A stretch of 64,000 bases of DNA from Mustelus asterias (lineage: Eukaryota), in NCBI RefSeq assembly GCF_964213995.1, contig NW_027590189.1, forward strand, positions 186,001 to 250,000, in the 5' to 3' direction. Of this stretch, positions 11,545 through 23,332 are shown in pieces. Made by a program: the position numbers and the translations under genes. A model generated the notes under the pieces. It was not told the DNA's origin. It was given only the letters and a program-made list of their open reading frames with translations, and made no database searches. Position 1 is the first letter of the stretch. Every line of letters starts with the position of its first letter.

Positions 11545-14541
11545 TCAGTACCACTTACCCGCCTGATCCCCATAACCCTTAATTCCCTTACCGATCAGGA
11601 ATCCATCCATCCGCACTTTAAACATATTCAGCGAGGTAGCCTCCACCACCTCAGTGGGCAGAGAATTCCAGAGATTCACCACCCTCTGGGAGAAGAAGTT
11701 CCTCCTCAACTCTGTCTTAAACCGACCCCCCTTTATTTTGAGGCTGTGTCCTCTAGTTTTAACTTCCTTACTAAGTGGAAAGAATCTCTCCGCCTCCACC
11801 CTATCCAGCCCCCGCATTATCTTATAAGTCTCCATAAGATCCCCCCTCATCCTTCTAAACTCCAACGAGTACAAACCCAATCTCCTCAGCCTCTCCTCAT
11901 AATCCAAACCCCTCATCTCCGGTATCAACCTGGTGAACCTTCTCTGCACTCCCTCCAATGCCAATATATCCTTCCTCATATAAGGGGACCAATACTGCAC
12001 ACAGTATTCCAGCTGCGGCCTCACCAATGCCCTGTACAGGTGCATCAAGACATCCCTGCTTTTATATTCTATGCCCTTCGCAATATAGGCCAACATCCCA
12101 TTTGCCTTCTTGATCACCTGTTGTACCTGCAGACTGGGCTTTTGCGTCTCATGCACAAGGACCCCCAGGTCCCTTTGCACAGTAGCATGTTTTAATTTGT
12201 TTCCATTGAGATAGTAATCCCATTTGTTATTATTTCCTCCAAAGTGTATAACCTCGCATTTCTCAACGTTATACTGCATTTGCCATATCCTCGCCCACTC
12301 ACTCAGCCTGTCCAAATCTCTCTGCAGATCTTCTCCGTCCTCCACACGATTCACTTTTCCACTTATCTTTGTGTCGTCTGCAAACTTTGTTACCCTACAC
12401 TCCGTCCCCTCCTCCAGATCATCTATATAAATGGTAAACAGTTGCGGCCCGAGTACCGATCCCTGCGGCACGCCACTAGTTACCTTCCTCCAACCGGAAA
12501 AACACCCATTTATTCCGACTCTTTGCTTCCTGTCGGATAGCCAGTCCCCAATCCACTTTAACACACTACCCCCAACTCCGTGTGCCCTAATCTTCTTCAG
12601 CAGCCTTTTATGGGGCACCTTATCAAACGCCTTTTGGAAATCCAAAAACACCGGTTCTCCTCCATCAACCGCCCTAGTCACATCTTCATAAAAATCCAAC
12701 ATGTTCGTCAAGCACGACTTTCCCCTCATGAATCCATGCTGCGTCTGATTGATCGAACCATTTCTATCCAGATGCCCTGCTATCTCCTCTTTAATAATGG
12801 ATTCCAGCATTTTCCCTACTACAGACGTTAAGCTGACCGGCCTATAGTTACCCGCCTTTTGTCTCCTTCCTTTTTTAAACAGCGGCGTAACATTAGCCGT
12901 TTTCCAATCAACCAGCACTACCCCAGAATGCAACGAGTTTTGATAAATAATCACTAACGCATCCTCTATTACCTCTGACATTTCTTTCAATACCCTGGGA
13001 TGCATTCCATCCGGACCCGGGGACTTGTCCACCTTCAGTCCCATTAGTCTACCCAGCACTGCCTCTCTGGTAACATTAATTGTATTAAGTATTTCTCCTG
13101 CTGCCAACCCTCTATCGTTAATATTTGGCAAACTATTTGTGTCCTCCACCGTGAAGACCGACACAAAAAACTTATTTAAAGACTCAGCCATATCCTCATT
13201 TCCCACTATTAACTCCCCCCTCTCGTCCTCCAAGGGTCCAACATTCACTCTAGCCACTCTATTCCTTTTTATATATTTATAAAAACTTTTACTATCATTT
13301 TTTATATTAATTGCTAGCCTAGCTTCATAGTCTATCCTTCCTTTCTTTATCGCTTTCTTAGTCTCTCTTTGTTGTTTCTTAAATTTTTCCCAATCACTTG
13401 TTTCTCCACTATTTTTGGCCACTCTGTACGCAGCTGTTTTTATTTTAATACTCTCCTTTATTTCCTTCGTTGTCCACGGCTGGTTCTCCCTTTTCTTACA
13501 ATCCTTGTTTTTTGCTGGAATATATTTTTGCTGAGAACTGAAAAGGATCTCCTTAAAAATCCTCCACTGTTCCTCAGCTATCCTACCTGCCAGCCTGCTC
13601 TCCCAGTCTACCTTAGCCAATTCATCCCTCATCCTATCATATTTCCCTCTGTTCAAACAGAGGACACTGGTTTGGGACCAAACTTTCTCCTCTTCCATCT
13701 GAATCAGAAATTCGACCATATTGTGGTCACTAGACCCAAGAGGGTCCTTCACAATAAGATCCTTAATTCGACCTACCTCGTTACACAATACCAGATCCAA
13801 AATAGCTTGTTCCCTCGTCGGTTCCGTAACATGCTGTTCAAGGAAACTATCCCGACAGCATTCTAAGAACTCTTCCTCCATTCCACCCTTACTGACTTGA
13901 GTCTGCCAGTCAATGTGCATGTTGAAGTCCCCCATGATTATTGCCGTTCCGTTTTTACACGCATCCCTTATCTGCTTGTTTATAGCCCTCCCTACCTCAA
14001 CATTATTATTTGGGGGCCTATATACCACACCTACTAGTGTCTTTCTCCCTCTACTATTCCTCATCTCTACCCATAATGATTCCACGTTTTGTTCCTCAGA
14101 GCCTATGTCATCCCTCAGTACTACCCTGATATTATCTCTTATTAATAGCGCGACCCCACCACCTTTTCCTTCCTGTCTATTCTTCCTAAACGCCTGATAC
14201 CCCTGGATATTCATCTCCCAGTCCTGGTCACCTTTCAGCCACATTTCTGTAATGGCCACTAGATCGTACCCACTTGTGCTGATTTGCACCATCAACTCAT
14301 TTACCTTGTTCCGAATGCTTCGTGCATTCAGGCAAAGTGTCCTTATTCCAGCTTTTATCTGGACCCGCTTTGATGAGTCGCGAACACCCTCTCCCTCTAC
14401 TCCCTTTTCTAAATTACCGCCTTCATTCACTTGCACCCTCTCCTCTACCATTAATTTTGTAATTCCCCTTTCCCCTGCATCCTCCCCCCCATCAATTAGT
14501 TCCTTGATCCTGGTCAACTCTTCTAGCTCCCCTCCCCCCAA
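11545..14541 (-). CDS. CR1 ORF2: APE endonuclease + reverse transcriptase
   Basis: 998-codon open frame: CLNARSI, AITEMWL, VVYRPP, MGDFN, SSDHN (APE); KSPGPDG, NYRPVSL, FLDFQKAFD, GVPQGSVLGP, KFADD (RT). Apparent ~3-residue loss at EPV^FLDF. Confidence 0.95.
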   Translation of the reverse strand: MGGGELEELTRIKELIDGGEDAGERGITKLMVEERVQVNEGGNLEKGVEGEGVRDSSKRVQIKAGIRTLCLNARSIRNKVNELMVQISTSGYDLVAITEMWLKGDQDWEMNIQGYQAFRKNRQEGKGGGVALLIRDNIRVVLRDDIGSEEQNVESLWVEMRNSRGRKTLVGVVYRPPNNNVEVGRAINKQIRDACKNGTAIIMGDFNMHIDWQTQVSKGGMEEEFLECCRDSFLEQHVTEPTREQAILDLVLCNEVGRIKDLIVKDPLGSSDHNMVEFLIQMEEEKVWSQTSVLCLNRGKYDRMRDELAKVDWESRLAGRIAEEQWRIFKEILFSSQQKYIPAKNKDCKKRENQPWTTKEIKESIKIKTAAYRVAKNSGETSDWEKFKKQQRETKKAIKKGRIDYEARLAINIKNDSKSFYKYIKRNRVARVNVGPLEDERGELIVGNEDMAESLNKFFVSVFTVEDTNSLPNINDRGLAAGEILNTINVTREAVLGRLMGLKVDKSPGPDGMHPRVLKEMSEVIEDALVIIYQNSLHSGVVLVDWKTANVTPLFKKGRRQKAGNYRPVSLTSVVGKMLESIIKEEIAGHLDRNGSINQTQHGFMRGKSCLTNMLDFYEDVTRAVDGGEPVFLDFQKAFDKVPHKRLLKKIRAHGVGGSVLKWIGDWLSDRKQRVGINGCFSGWRKVTSGVPQGSVLGPQLFTIYIDDLEEGTECRVTKFADDTKISGKVNRVEDGEDLQRDLDRLSEWARIWQMQYNVEKCEVIHFGGNNNKWDYYLNGNKLKHATVQRDLGVLVHETQKPSLQVQQVIKKANGMLAYIAKGIEYKSRDVLMHLYRALVRPQLEYCVQYWSPYMRKDILALEGVQRRFTRLIPEMRGLDYEERLRRLGLYSLEFRRMRGDLMETYKIMRGLDRVEAERFFPLSKEVKTRGHSLKIKGGRFKTELRRNFFSQRVVNLWNSLPTEVVEATSLNMFKVRMDGFLIGKGIKGYGDQAGKWY

Positions 14542-14546
14542 CCTAT

Positions 14547-15480
14547 CTAGTTTAAATTCTCCCCAGTAGCCTTAGCCAACCTACCGGCCAGGATATTGGT
14601 CCCCGTGTGATTCAAGTTCCACCCGTTTTTTGTACACAGATCACCCCTGCCCCTAAAGAGGTCCCAATGGTCCAGGAACCTGAATCCCTGCCCCCTGCAC
14701 CAGTCCCTCAGCCACACATTCATCCTCCACCTCACTCCATTCCTGCCCTCACCTTCCCGTGGCACAGGCAGTAATCCTGAGATTACTACCTTTGCTTTCC
14801 TCTTTCTCAGCTGTCTCCCTAATTCCCTGTACTCCTTTTTCATGACCCCTTCTCCCTTCCTACCCACATCAGCGGTACCAATATGTACCGCTACCTCAGG
14901 CTCCTCTCCCTCCCACCTCAGGATTTCCGGGACGCGACGAGCGACATCCTGGATCCCGGCCCCAGGGAGGCAGACCACCATGCGAGAATCCCGCCTACCT
15001 CCGCAGAAACGCCTCTGTCCCCTTCACCATCGAGTCCCCGATTAATACCGCCTTCCTCTTTTCCTTAGCCCTCTGAGTTACAGGGCTGGACTCCACTGCG
15101 GAGACACGGCCACTGCTGCTTCCCCCAGGCGGGCTGTCCCCCCCAGCAGTACTCAAGCAGGAGTACTTGTTGTGCAGGGGCAAATCCACCGGGGTGCTCT
15201 CAACCACCCTAGCCTTACCCTTCCTGGCCGTCACCCACTTGGCCTCCTCCCGTGGCCCTGGTGTGACCACCTGATGATAGCTCTTGTCTATCACCTCCTC
15301 ATTCTCCCTCATCAGCCTAAGATCCTCGAGCTGCAGTTCCAGCTCCCTAACACGGTCCCTCAGGAACCGCAGCTCGACACACCCCTCACAGATGTGGATG
15401 TCCGGGAGGCCAGATGCCTCCAGGACCTCCCACATCCTACACTGGGAACAGCACACTGGTTTCACACTCATACTGGACAC
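14547..15480 (-). CDS. CR1 ORF1: Zn-binding/coiled-coil + SGNH esterase-like domain, split by one frameshift near 15015
   Basis: CSQC..HICEGC, RVRELELQLEDLR, LIGDSMV then VCLPGAGIQDV, VHIGTAD, FLDHW; frame offset fits a 2-bp loss in GTDRRF. Confidence 0.85.
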
Positions 15481-15815
15481 TTTATGTCAAGTAAGACCGT
15501 GAAAAGTTAATAAGAGTGTAAGGAAACAAAAACTCACCCCTGCTCGTCCAAGTCCTGTGAGCCAAAGCCCTGACAGCTCACTCAACTTCCCACTCACTCT
15601 GCTGCCCGCTACGATGCTGCCCGCTGTATACTTTGGTGCACTTTTAAACCCTCCAAAAACTTCCCCTGGCCTCTCCTGGCCCTACTTCCGGTTTTGAAAA
15701 AAACCTCCGATTTTAAACCCTTTATCTCCCTTTTATCCTTTATCTCCTTTTGCCACCACTCCCTCTGTTTTGCGGGAGGGTCGTGGGGATTCCAATCAGA
15801 ACTAATCATTTTATC

Positions 15816-15995
15816 ATAAAAGTAAAATACTGCAGATTCTGGAATCTGAAACAAAAACAGAAAATGCTGGAAAATCTCAGCAGGTCTGACAGCATCTGTG
15901 GAGAGAGAATAGAGCCAATGTTTCGAGTCTGAATGACCCTTCATAAGAGCTCTTCTGAAATGTAATCCAGACTCGAAAGATTGGCTCTATTCTCT
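15816..15995. mobile_element. Penelope-like terminal fragment with inverted repeat
   Basis: agagaatagagccaatgtttcgagtct...agactcgaaagattggctctattctct; flanked by atcatttta duplication; paralogous copy 42375-42554. Confidence 0.6.
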
Positions 15996-16827
15996 TATCA
16001 TTTTAATCGATATGTTTCTTGTTCTTAGTTTCCAAATGGCAGGTAAGAGACCTGTCCAGTCCCCACTTGAGCTCTGATTTTTCACTGGCCATGCTTGGGT
16101 AAGATTATAACTATTAGAATCTACTCTCAGAGGTCCGCTTTTCAGTCCATTGCTACTTGGAGAATACCGTCACTTCACCGACTATCAGGTCACAAATATA
16201 TGATAAAATAATTTAAATAATGCCTGAAAACGCTTTGAACCAACTACCTATCATCGTTTGTTGATTGGTCAGACCCCCTTTTTACAGATTCAAGTATCTC
16301 AGCCGCTGAACACCAGCCAGTCCTGGAATAAGTTTAATTCTCACTCATTCTGAGTAAATATTCTTACCAGGTCCTGTGTCAGGGCCCTGCTAAGCAGCTT
16401 TAATGGTCTGTGATTGCAGAAACTGAGCAGTCACAGGAATGTGGTCAAGATAGTCCAGTCCCATAATGCCTCACATTCAATCTGCAGTCCTTCAATTATA
16501 ACAGAATATGTGGCTGTATGTAGCTGCCTCGGCCATGGTCAACCCCAACACTGCCTTCCTGAACTGTTACAATGCCTGAGGTGTAAGTACATCCACAGTG
16601 CTGTTAGGGAGGGATTTCCAGCTACACATTCCAGACTTTCACTAGACTGTAGGTGGATACCAGATTGATATATTCCATTCAACCACACCCAAGGTGAGTT
16701 ATTCCAATTTCTTTATTGTCCAGGAAAGTATAATCACAATATCTTTAAAACAGAAATTAAACATTCCTATTTAATTTCAGGTATTAACACATTCTGTTAG
16801 TTTGTTCTTTATTGTCAATGTCAGGCT

Positions 16828-17130
16828 GGGGTTGTTCCCCTTGGAGCAAAGGAGGTTGAGGGGAGATTTGATAGAGGTGGACAAGATTCTGACAGGTTTA
16901 GATAAGGTGGACAAAGAAAAGCTGTTCCCTTTAGCTGATGGGACAAGGATGAAGGGGGTGCAGATTTTGGTTCAGATATGTGGGATGGGGGGTGGAGGGG
17001 CGGGGAGGGGGGCGATGTGAGGAAGAATATTCTGATGCAGCGAATGGTAATGACCGGGAACTCGCTGCCTGCGAGGGTGGAGGAAGTGGAGACAATAAAC
17101 AATTACAAAGGAAATTGGATGAGCATTTGG
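16828..17130 (+). mobile_element. Old CR1 3' fragment shared by ZNF paralog 3' flanks
   Basis: LGLFPLEQRRLRGDLIEVDKI; copies at 28310-28625 (-) and 43420-43650 (+). Confidence 0.8.
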
Positions 17131-17330
17131 GGGGGCTTTCAAACAGAAATACTAACTAAATATCTCTTAACTACCGAGCACCAGCCTTTGGAGGCAAAAT
17201 CGTGAGACCGGCCAGTCCAGCAGAAAGAAACCCTCGTCCCTCCCCATTGACCAACAGTGAGAATGAACAAAATGCAGTCCTGGATGTAACTGAGAGCAGA
17301 AACAACAACAGCAGAATCCAACCCCTGGAA

Positions 17331-18173
17331 TCACTCGTGAATTTGCTGGTGTCTCAGCAGCTGGGATGAAACTCTGAATCCCTTCCCACACAGAGAGCAG
17401 GTGAATGGTCTCTCTCCGGTGTGAACTCGCTGGTGTGTCCGCAGGCTGGATGAGTTAGTGAATCCCTTCTCACACTTCGGGCAGGTGAATGGCCTCTCTC
17501 CGGTGTGAACTCGCTGGTGTGTCTGCAGACTGGATGAGGCAGTAAATCCCTTCCCACACTGAGAGCAGGTGAATGGTCTCTCCCCAGTGTGAACTCGCTG
17601 GTGTGTTTGCAGGCTGGAAGACTTGGTGAATCCTTTCTCACACTGAGGGCAGGTGAACGGCCTCTCTCCGGTATGAACTCGCTGGTGTTTCTGCAGGGTG
17701 GATAATTGAGTGAATCCCTTCCCACACACAGTGCAGGTGAATGGCCTCTCCCCAGTGTGAACTCGCTGGTGTGTCCGCAGGGTGGATAACTGACGGAATC
17801 CCTTCCCACACACAGGGCAGGTGAATGGTCTCTCCCCAGTGTGAACTCGCTGGTGTCTCTGCTGGTTGGATAACTGACTGAATTTCTTCCCACACACGCA
17901 GCAGGTGAATGGCTTCTTCCCAGTGTGAACTCACTGGTGTTTCTGCAGGCTGGATGACTGAGTGAATCCCTTCCCACACACAGAGCAGGTGAATGGCCTC
18001 TCCCCAGTGTGAACTAGTTGGTGTGTCCGCAGTTCAGATGACTGAGTGAATCCCTTTCCACACACAGAGCAGCTGAACGGCCTCTCCCCAGTGTGACTGC
18101 GTCGATGAATTTCCAGCCGAGATAGGCACATGTATCCCTTCCCACAGTCCCCACATTTCCACGGTTTCCCCAT
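17331..18173 (-). pseudogene. 10-finger C2H2 ZNF with one in-frame TGA (17933-17931) in finger 3
   Basis: ORFs 17931..18173 and 17331..17897 are in the same frame, separated by CAC CAG TGA (HQR>HQ*). Confidence 0.85.
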
Positions 18174-18221
18174 GGTTCGGGTCCTTGTGACTCTGTAGTT
18201 TAAACAATCAGTTAAATCTCA

Positions 18222-18329
<108 letters not shown>

Positions 18330-18899
18330 TCAGGTGTGTGTGTGTCTCGGTACTTTTCCAGTCACACAGATACTTAAAATCTTCAGAAGCTGACAGAACA
18401 GAGAAACATTTCCCCTTCTAGATTCAAAGGTCAGTGATATTGAGGTCCCGATGAATTGAGTGATTCTGTCAGATGTTGATGTGACGTTTGGTTTGAGATT
18501 TCTGTCTGTAAATTCTCACCTTCTGATATGCTGTAAAAGGAATTTACAAAAGTCATCAGTGTCAGTACAGGATAGAAATTCCGAACAGACAAATCAAGTT
18601 TCTAAGGAACATTCTTTTCTCCCTCATTCCCCAAAAGCTGTGAATCTCCATCCCACACACTCTCCCTCCATTCTCACTCTGCTGTATCTAATATTCACCC
18701 TCCCAATTCTCCTGAAGGTGCTGATTGAGGCTGATTGACAGATCCATGCTCACTGCTTCCTGTCCTGGACACATAGAGCTGGAAATCTCCATGCAGGCTG
18801 CCAGACAGATATATGTATATATGACTGGACCAAAAATGTATGGATTATATAGACTGGACTCACTTCCTTTCCCTTCAGTGACTAAGGGCGGACAAGTCA

Positions 18900-20410
18900 C
18901 CAGGACCCAATGAACTGCGTGTCAGCTTTTTAATGGAGGTTGCTGAAGAGATAGTGGAGAATTTTGTTGAAATTTTTTGTAACTTGCTAGATTCCGGGAG
19001 AGTATCAGAAGATTGGCAATCAGCCAATGTGACTCCCTTGGTCAAAAAGGGAGAAAGGCAGAAGGCAGAGAACTATAGGCCAGTTAATTTAACATCTATT
19101 ATTGGCAAGATGCTGGAGTCAATAATCAAAGAGCAAATAGCTAATCATTTAGGAAAGCTGAATATAATCAAACCTCGTCAACATGGTTCTAAGAAAGATA
19201 AATTATTTTTGACAAATTTGCTTGAATTGTTTGAAGATATAAGAAGGAGGGTAGATCGCGAGAAATCTGTAGTTTATTTAGATATGGTGCCATGGCAGCA
19301 CAGTGGTTAGCACTGCTGCCTCACAGTGCCAGGGACCCAGGTTCAATCCCGGCCTTGGGTGACAATCTGTGTGGAGTATGCACATTCTCTCCATGTCTGT
19401 GTGGATTTTTGAGCTCTCCAGGTTCTTCCCACAGTCCAAAGATGTGCGGGTTAGACTGATTGGCCGTGCTAAATTGCCCCTTTGTGTCTCAATAGATGTA
19501 GATTAGGTGGATTAGTGGGGTAAAAATGTAGGGCTACAGGGATAGGGCCAGGAAAGATAAGTCGAGAGTTGGGGAAGATGCAATAAAGTCACCCCTCTGT
19601 CTTCTAAACCTGGCAAATGGAGTTTAAAGTGGGGAAGTGTGAGGTCATGTATTTCAGTTGGAGGAATCAACAGGGAGATTATCTAAATGGAGAGAGGCTG
19701 CCGGTGAGTGAAGTACAGAGGGATCTTGGTGTTCTTGTGCATGAATCACAAAAAGCGAGCAGGCAGGTCCCACACGAGTTAAGGAGGAAAATGGCATTTT
19801 GGCTTTTATTGCAAAGGGGTTGGAGTTTAAAAACAGGGAGGTTTTGTTGCAACTGTACAGTGTGTTGGTGATGCCTCACCTGGGATAATGCATACAGTTT
19901 TGATCCCCTTACCTAAACAAGGATATAGTAATATTGGACATAGTCCAAAGGAAATTCACCAGGCTAATTCCTGGGATAGGAGGGTTGTCCTATCAAGAGG
20001 GAGTAAATTGTCAAGGTCTGTGTTCCTTGAAGTTTTGAAGACAAGGGAGTTATTGAAACATTTCAGATCCTGAGGGGGCTTGACAGGGTAGATGGTGAGA
20101 TATTGTCACGAGTGGGAGAGTCTCAAACAAAATAAAGGGTCAGTCATTTAAAACTGAGGTGTGCAGGAATTTCTTCTCATAGAGGATGATGAAGCTCTGG
20201 AATTCCCCGCCCCAAAGGGTGGTGGAGGCTGGATCGTTAGAAGTATTTAAAGTGGAGGGGGATACATATTTGATAGATCGGGGAATACAGGGCTATGGGG
20301 AAATGGCACAGTAAAGGAGTTGAAACCGGCATCAGTCAGCTATGATCGGATTGAATGGCGGGACAGGCTTCAAGGGCCTGGTGGCCGCTCCTGTTTCTAT
20401 TTCTCGTGAT
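18900..20410 (+). mobile_element. Degraded CR1 ORF2/3' fragments with an HE1-type SINE at ~19294-19560
   Basis: SEDWQSANVTPLVKKG..NYRPVNLTS, MEFKVGKCEVMYF, QRDLGVLVH. Confidence 0.8.
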
Positions 20411-20414
20411 CAGT

Positions 20415-21130
20415 TGCTGCAAGTCAACAATTTCCCCCAGAATGAGAAACAAAATGGAAAGGGTGAGAAAAGAAAGTGTTTTACTCACAGATGTTGAAGA
20501 CAGAAGGAAGTTTGAGTCTGTCTGAAGCTCAATCTTCATTCAGAGAAAGAGCAGCAGCAGCTTCGCTGGGCAGGAATGAGCAGTTGAACAAGCTCATTGT
20601 CCAACTTCCGCATTCAGACACTGTGGGAGCTCTGATTGGCTGGAGGATCAGAGGCCTTCCGGTCTTCCAGAGTTCCCATTGGTCAATCCCCCGCAGACAG
20701 ACAATGAGGGGCGGAGCCCCACGTAGGGATGGGCGGGCCTGTGCCCGCCAGCCGCGCTGAGCTGTTGTCCAATTGGAAAGGCTGGAAGACCCAGACAGAC
20801 AATGGTCAGTGCGCCGGCTTTGTCCCGGGCCCCGCCCCACACCCGCACATGCGCATTCCCCCAAAACCCGCACATGCGCACTTCTGATTCACTTCCGCTC
20901 ACCAGCTCTGGCAATGGGAAGACTTGGAGGACCGGAAAGACCGTGGTCCTCCAGCCAATCAGAGCGCGGGCTTTGTGTGCATGAAGATTGAGCTTCAGAC
21001 AGACTCAAACTTCCTTCAGTCTCAACCTAAAAGAGGCCAACATCTGTGAGTAAAACACTTTCTTTTCTCATTCTGGGGGTAATTGGAGAATTGCAACAAC
21101 TGAAGGAAAAGGAAGTGAATCCAGGGAGAG
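20415..21130. promoter_or_regulatory. Palindromic bidirectional promoter with two mirror-image first exons
   Basis: 20415-20550 is the reverse complement of 20980-21110 (donors GTGAGT at 20488- and 21046+); 20630-20675 is the reverse complement of 20912-20965; cacatgcgca x2, GC boxes and CCAAT in the centre. Confidence 0.75.
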
Positions 21131-21185
21131 TGCAGACTCAGGAAAGGTTGGCCCAGGTCTCTCTCTCTTCAAGAAATTTAAGAGA

Positions 21186-21665
21186 AACATAGAAGATCGG
21201 AGCAGGAGGAAGCCATTTGGCCCTTCGAGCCTGCTCTGCCATTCATTAAGATCATGGATGATCAAGCAACTCAATAGTCTAATCCTGCTTTCTCCCCATA
21301 ACCTTTGATCCCATTTGCCCCAAGTGCTATATCTAGATGCTTTTGAATACATTCAATGTTTTGGCATCAATTACTTCCTGTGGTCATGAATTTCAGAGAC
21401 TCACCACTCTTTGGGTGAAGAAATGTCTCCTCACCTCTGTCATAAATGGTCTACCCTGAATCCTCAGACTGTGACCCTTGGTTCTGGACTCCCCCCACCA
21501 TCAGAAACATCCTCCCTGCATCTATCCTGTCTCGACCTGTTAGAATTTTATAAGTCTCTATGAGATCCCCCCTCATTCATCTGAACTCCAGCGAAAACAA
21601 TCCTAACCGAGTCAGTCTCTCCTCATACATCAGTCCCGCCATTCCCTGAATCAGCCTGGTAAACA
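21186..21665 (-). mobile_element. CR1 3' fragment
   Basis: acatagaagatcggagcagg tail and RT C-terminal sequence like 11450-11940. Confidence 0.8.
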
Positions 21666-22319
21666 TCCTTTGCTCCCTCAGCTTGACACATTTATTTGTC
21701 TGTCTAAAAGGATGGTCTTTTTTCTAATGTTCACAATTAAAGGGCAGCTTGCCCCAGGAGATGGCTGACATTTACGTTAATATAGGACAGAGATATGTCT
21801 AGTGTTGTTATAAGGTACCCAGATTAGATATATTATTTATGTTTCTGTAATAAAATACTTTTATTATTATTTCTTGCATTGTAATATAATGCTGTAGCGA
21901 TGTTATACATTTCCAGTCATAAAGCCCATTACAGCACAGAAGGAATCCATTCGGTAACTCGAGTCCATGCTGACTCTCTGTATAACATTCCAGTCCCATT
22001 CCCACTCTCTATCCCCATTCTCCTGAAAGTTTATTTCCTTCAAGTGCCCATCCACTTTCATTTTTAAATAGAATCCATAGATATGGATGGATATTTACAA
22101 CTTTTTGGGAATGAAATAGGAAAGAATGTTCCATAGAAACTAGAATTGTCTGCTCTGAATTTCTATCCTATACTGACTGTGATGACTTTTGTAAACTCAT
22201 TTCACAGGATTTTGAATGAGGAATCACAGGCAAAAATCTCAACCGTCAAATCTAGAAAGAGTCATATTCCTTGGGATCTGAATATCTTGTAATATGGAAC
22301 TGTAGCTACGTTATATATT

Positions 22320-22735
22320 TCCAGACATCTCTTCACTCAGAGGGTTGTGAGTCTTTTGGATTTCTCTTCCACAGGAACCAGTTGAGGATGAGGATCATTG
22401 AATATATTCCAGTTAGACAGATTTTTGACTGACAAGGGTGTCAAGGGTTATGGGGAACAGACAAGAGGATGGAGCAAAAGCTAATATGTGGGGGGATTTC
22501 TTCACGCAAGGATGTGGTAAAGCTTTGGAATTCTCAACCCCTGAGGACAGTGAAACCTCAGTCATCAACTATTTTCAAGAGAGAGATTGATTGGTTTCTA
22601 GATATTGAAGATATCAAGGGATATGGGTTTAGTGTGGGGACAATAATGCTGAGGGAGATGAACAAATTATCTCATTGAATAGTTTAAAAGGCTCGATGGG
22701 CCAAATGGCCGACTGCAACTCCTATTTGTTATGGT
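22320..22735 (+). mobile_element. Two old CR1 3'-end fragments
   Basis: ttcactcagagggttgtg.. and ttcacgcaaggatgtggtaaagctttggaattc.. FFTQRVV-type ends. Confidence 0.6.
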
Positions 22736-23332
22736 CTCTGTGTCCAGGACAGGAAGCAGTGAGCATGGATCTGTCAATCAGCATCAATCAGCACCTTCAG
22801 GAGAATTGGGAGGGTGAATATTAGATACAGCAGAGTGAGAATGGAGGGAGAGTGTGTGGGATGGAGATTCACAGCTTTTGGGGAATGAGAGAGGAAAGAA
22901 GGTTCTATAGAAACTAGAATTGTCTGTTCTGAATTTCTATCCTGTACTGACACTGATGACTTTTGTGAACTTGTTTTACAGGATATTGAAAGAGGAATCA
23001 CAGGCCAAAATCTCAAACGTCACGTCTCGATCTGACAGAGTCATATTCCATGGGAGCTGAATATCATCGGCCTTTGAATCTAGAAGGAGAAATGATTGTC
23101 CAGTCTGTTGATTTGAAAAGATTTCAAACATCAGTGTGACTGCAAAAGCACCAACACTCTGCCACACACGAGTGAGAGTGTTCCAGTGCACGGACTAAAG
23201 AGCTTTAACCAGTTACACAGCCTGAATAACTATCACACCATTCACAGCGGGGAGAGACGGTACCCGTGTTCTGTGTGTGGACGAGGCTTCAACTGATTGT
23301 CCACCCAAGAGAGAGGCAAGGACACCTGCACC

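Larger units (their letters stand above)
11445..15719 (-). mobile_element. Near full-length CR1 LINE (5'UTR, ORF1, ORF2, (ttcttatg)n tail)
   Basis: Two ORFs, 8-bp terminal repeats ataagaac at 11445-11468; absent from the paralogous site at 42281-42295. Confidence 0.95.

Noticed and set aside
11746-14569. Plus-strand ORFs antisense to CR1 ORF2
   Set aside because: Shadow ORFs of the RT frame with no independent motifs.
15005-15025. Programmed frameshift inside CR1 ORF1
   Set aside because: No slippery motif; a 2-bp loss in a gacagacag microrepeat (mutation or assembly error) explains it.
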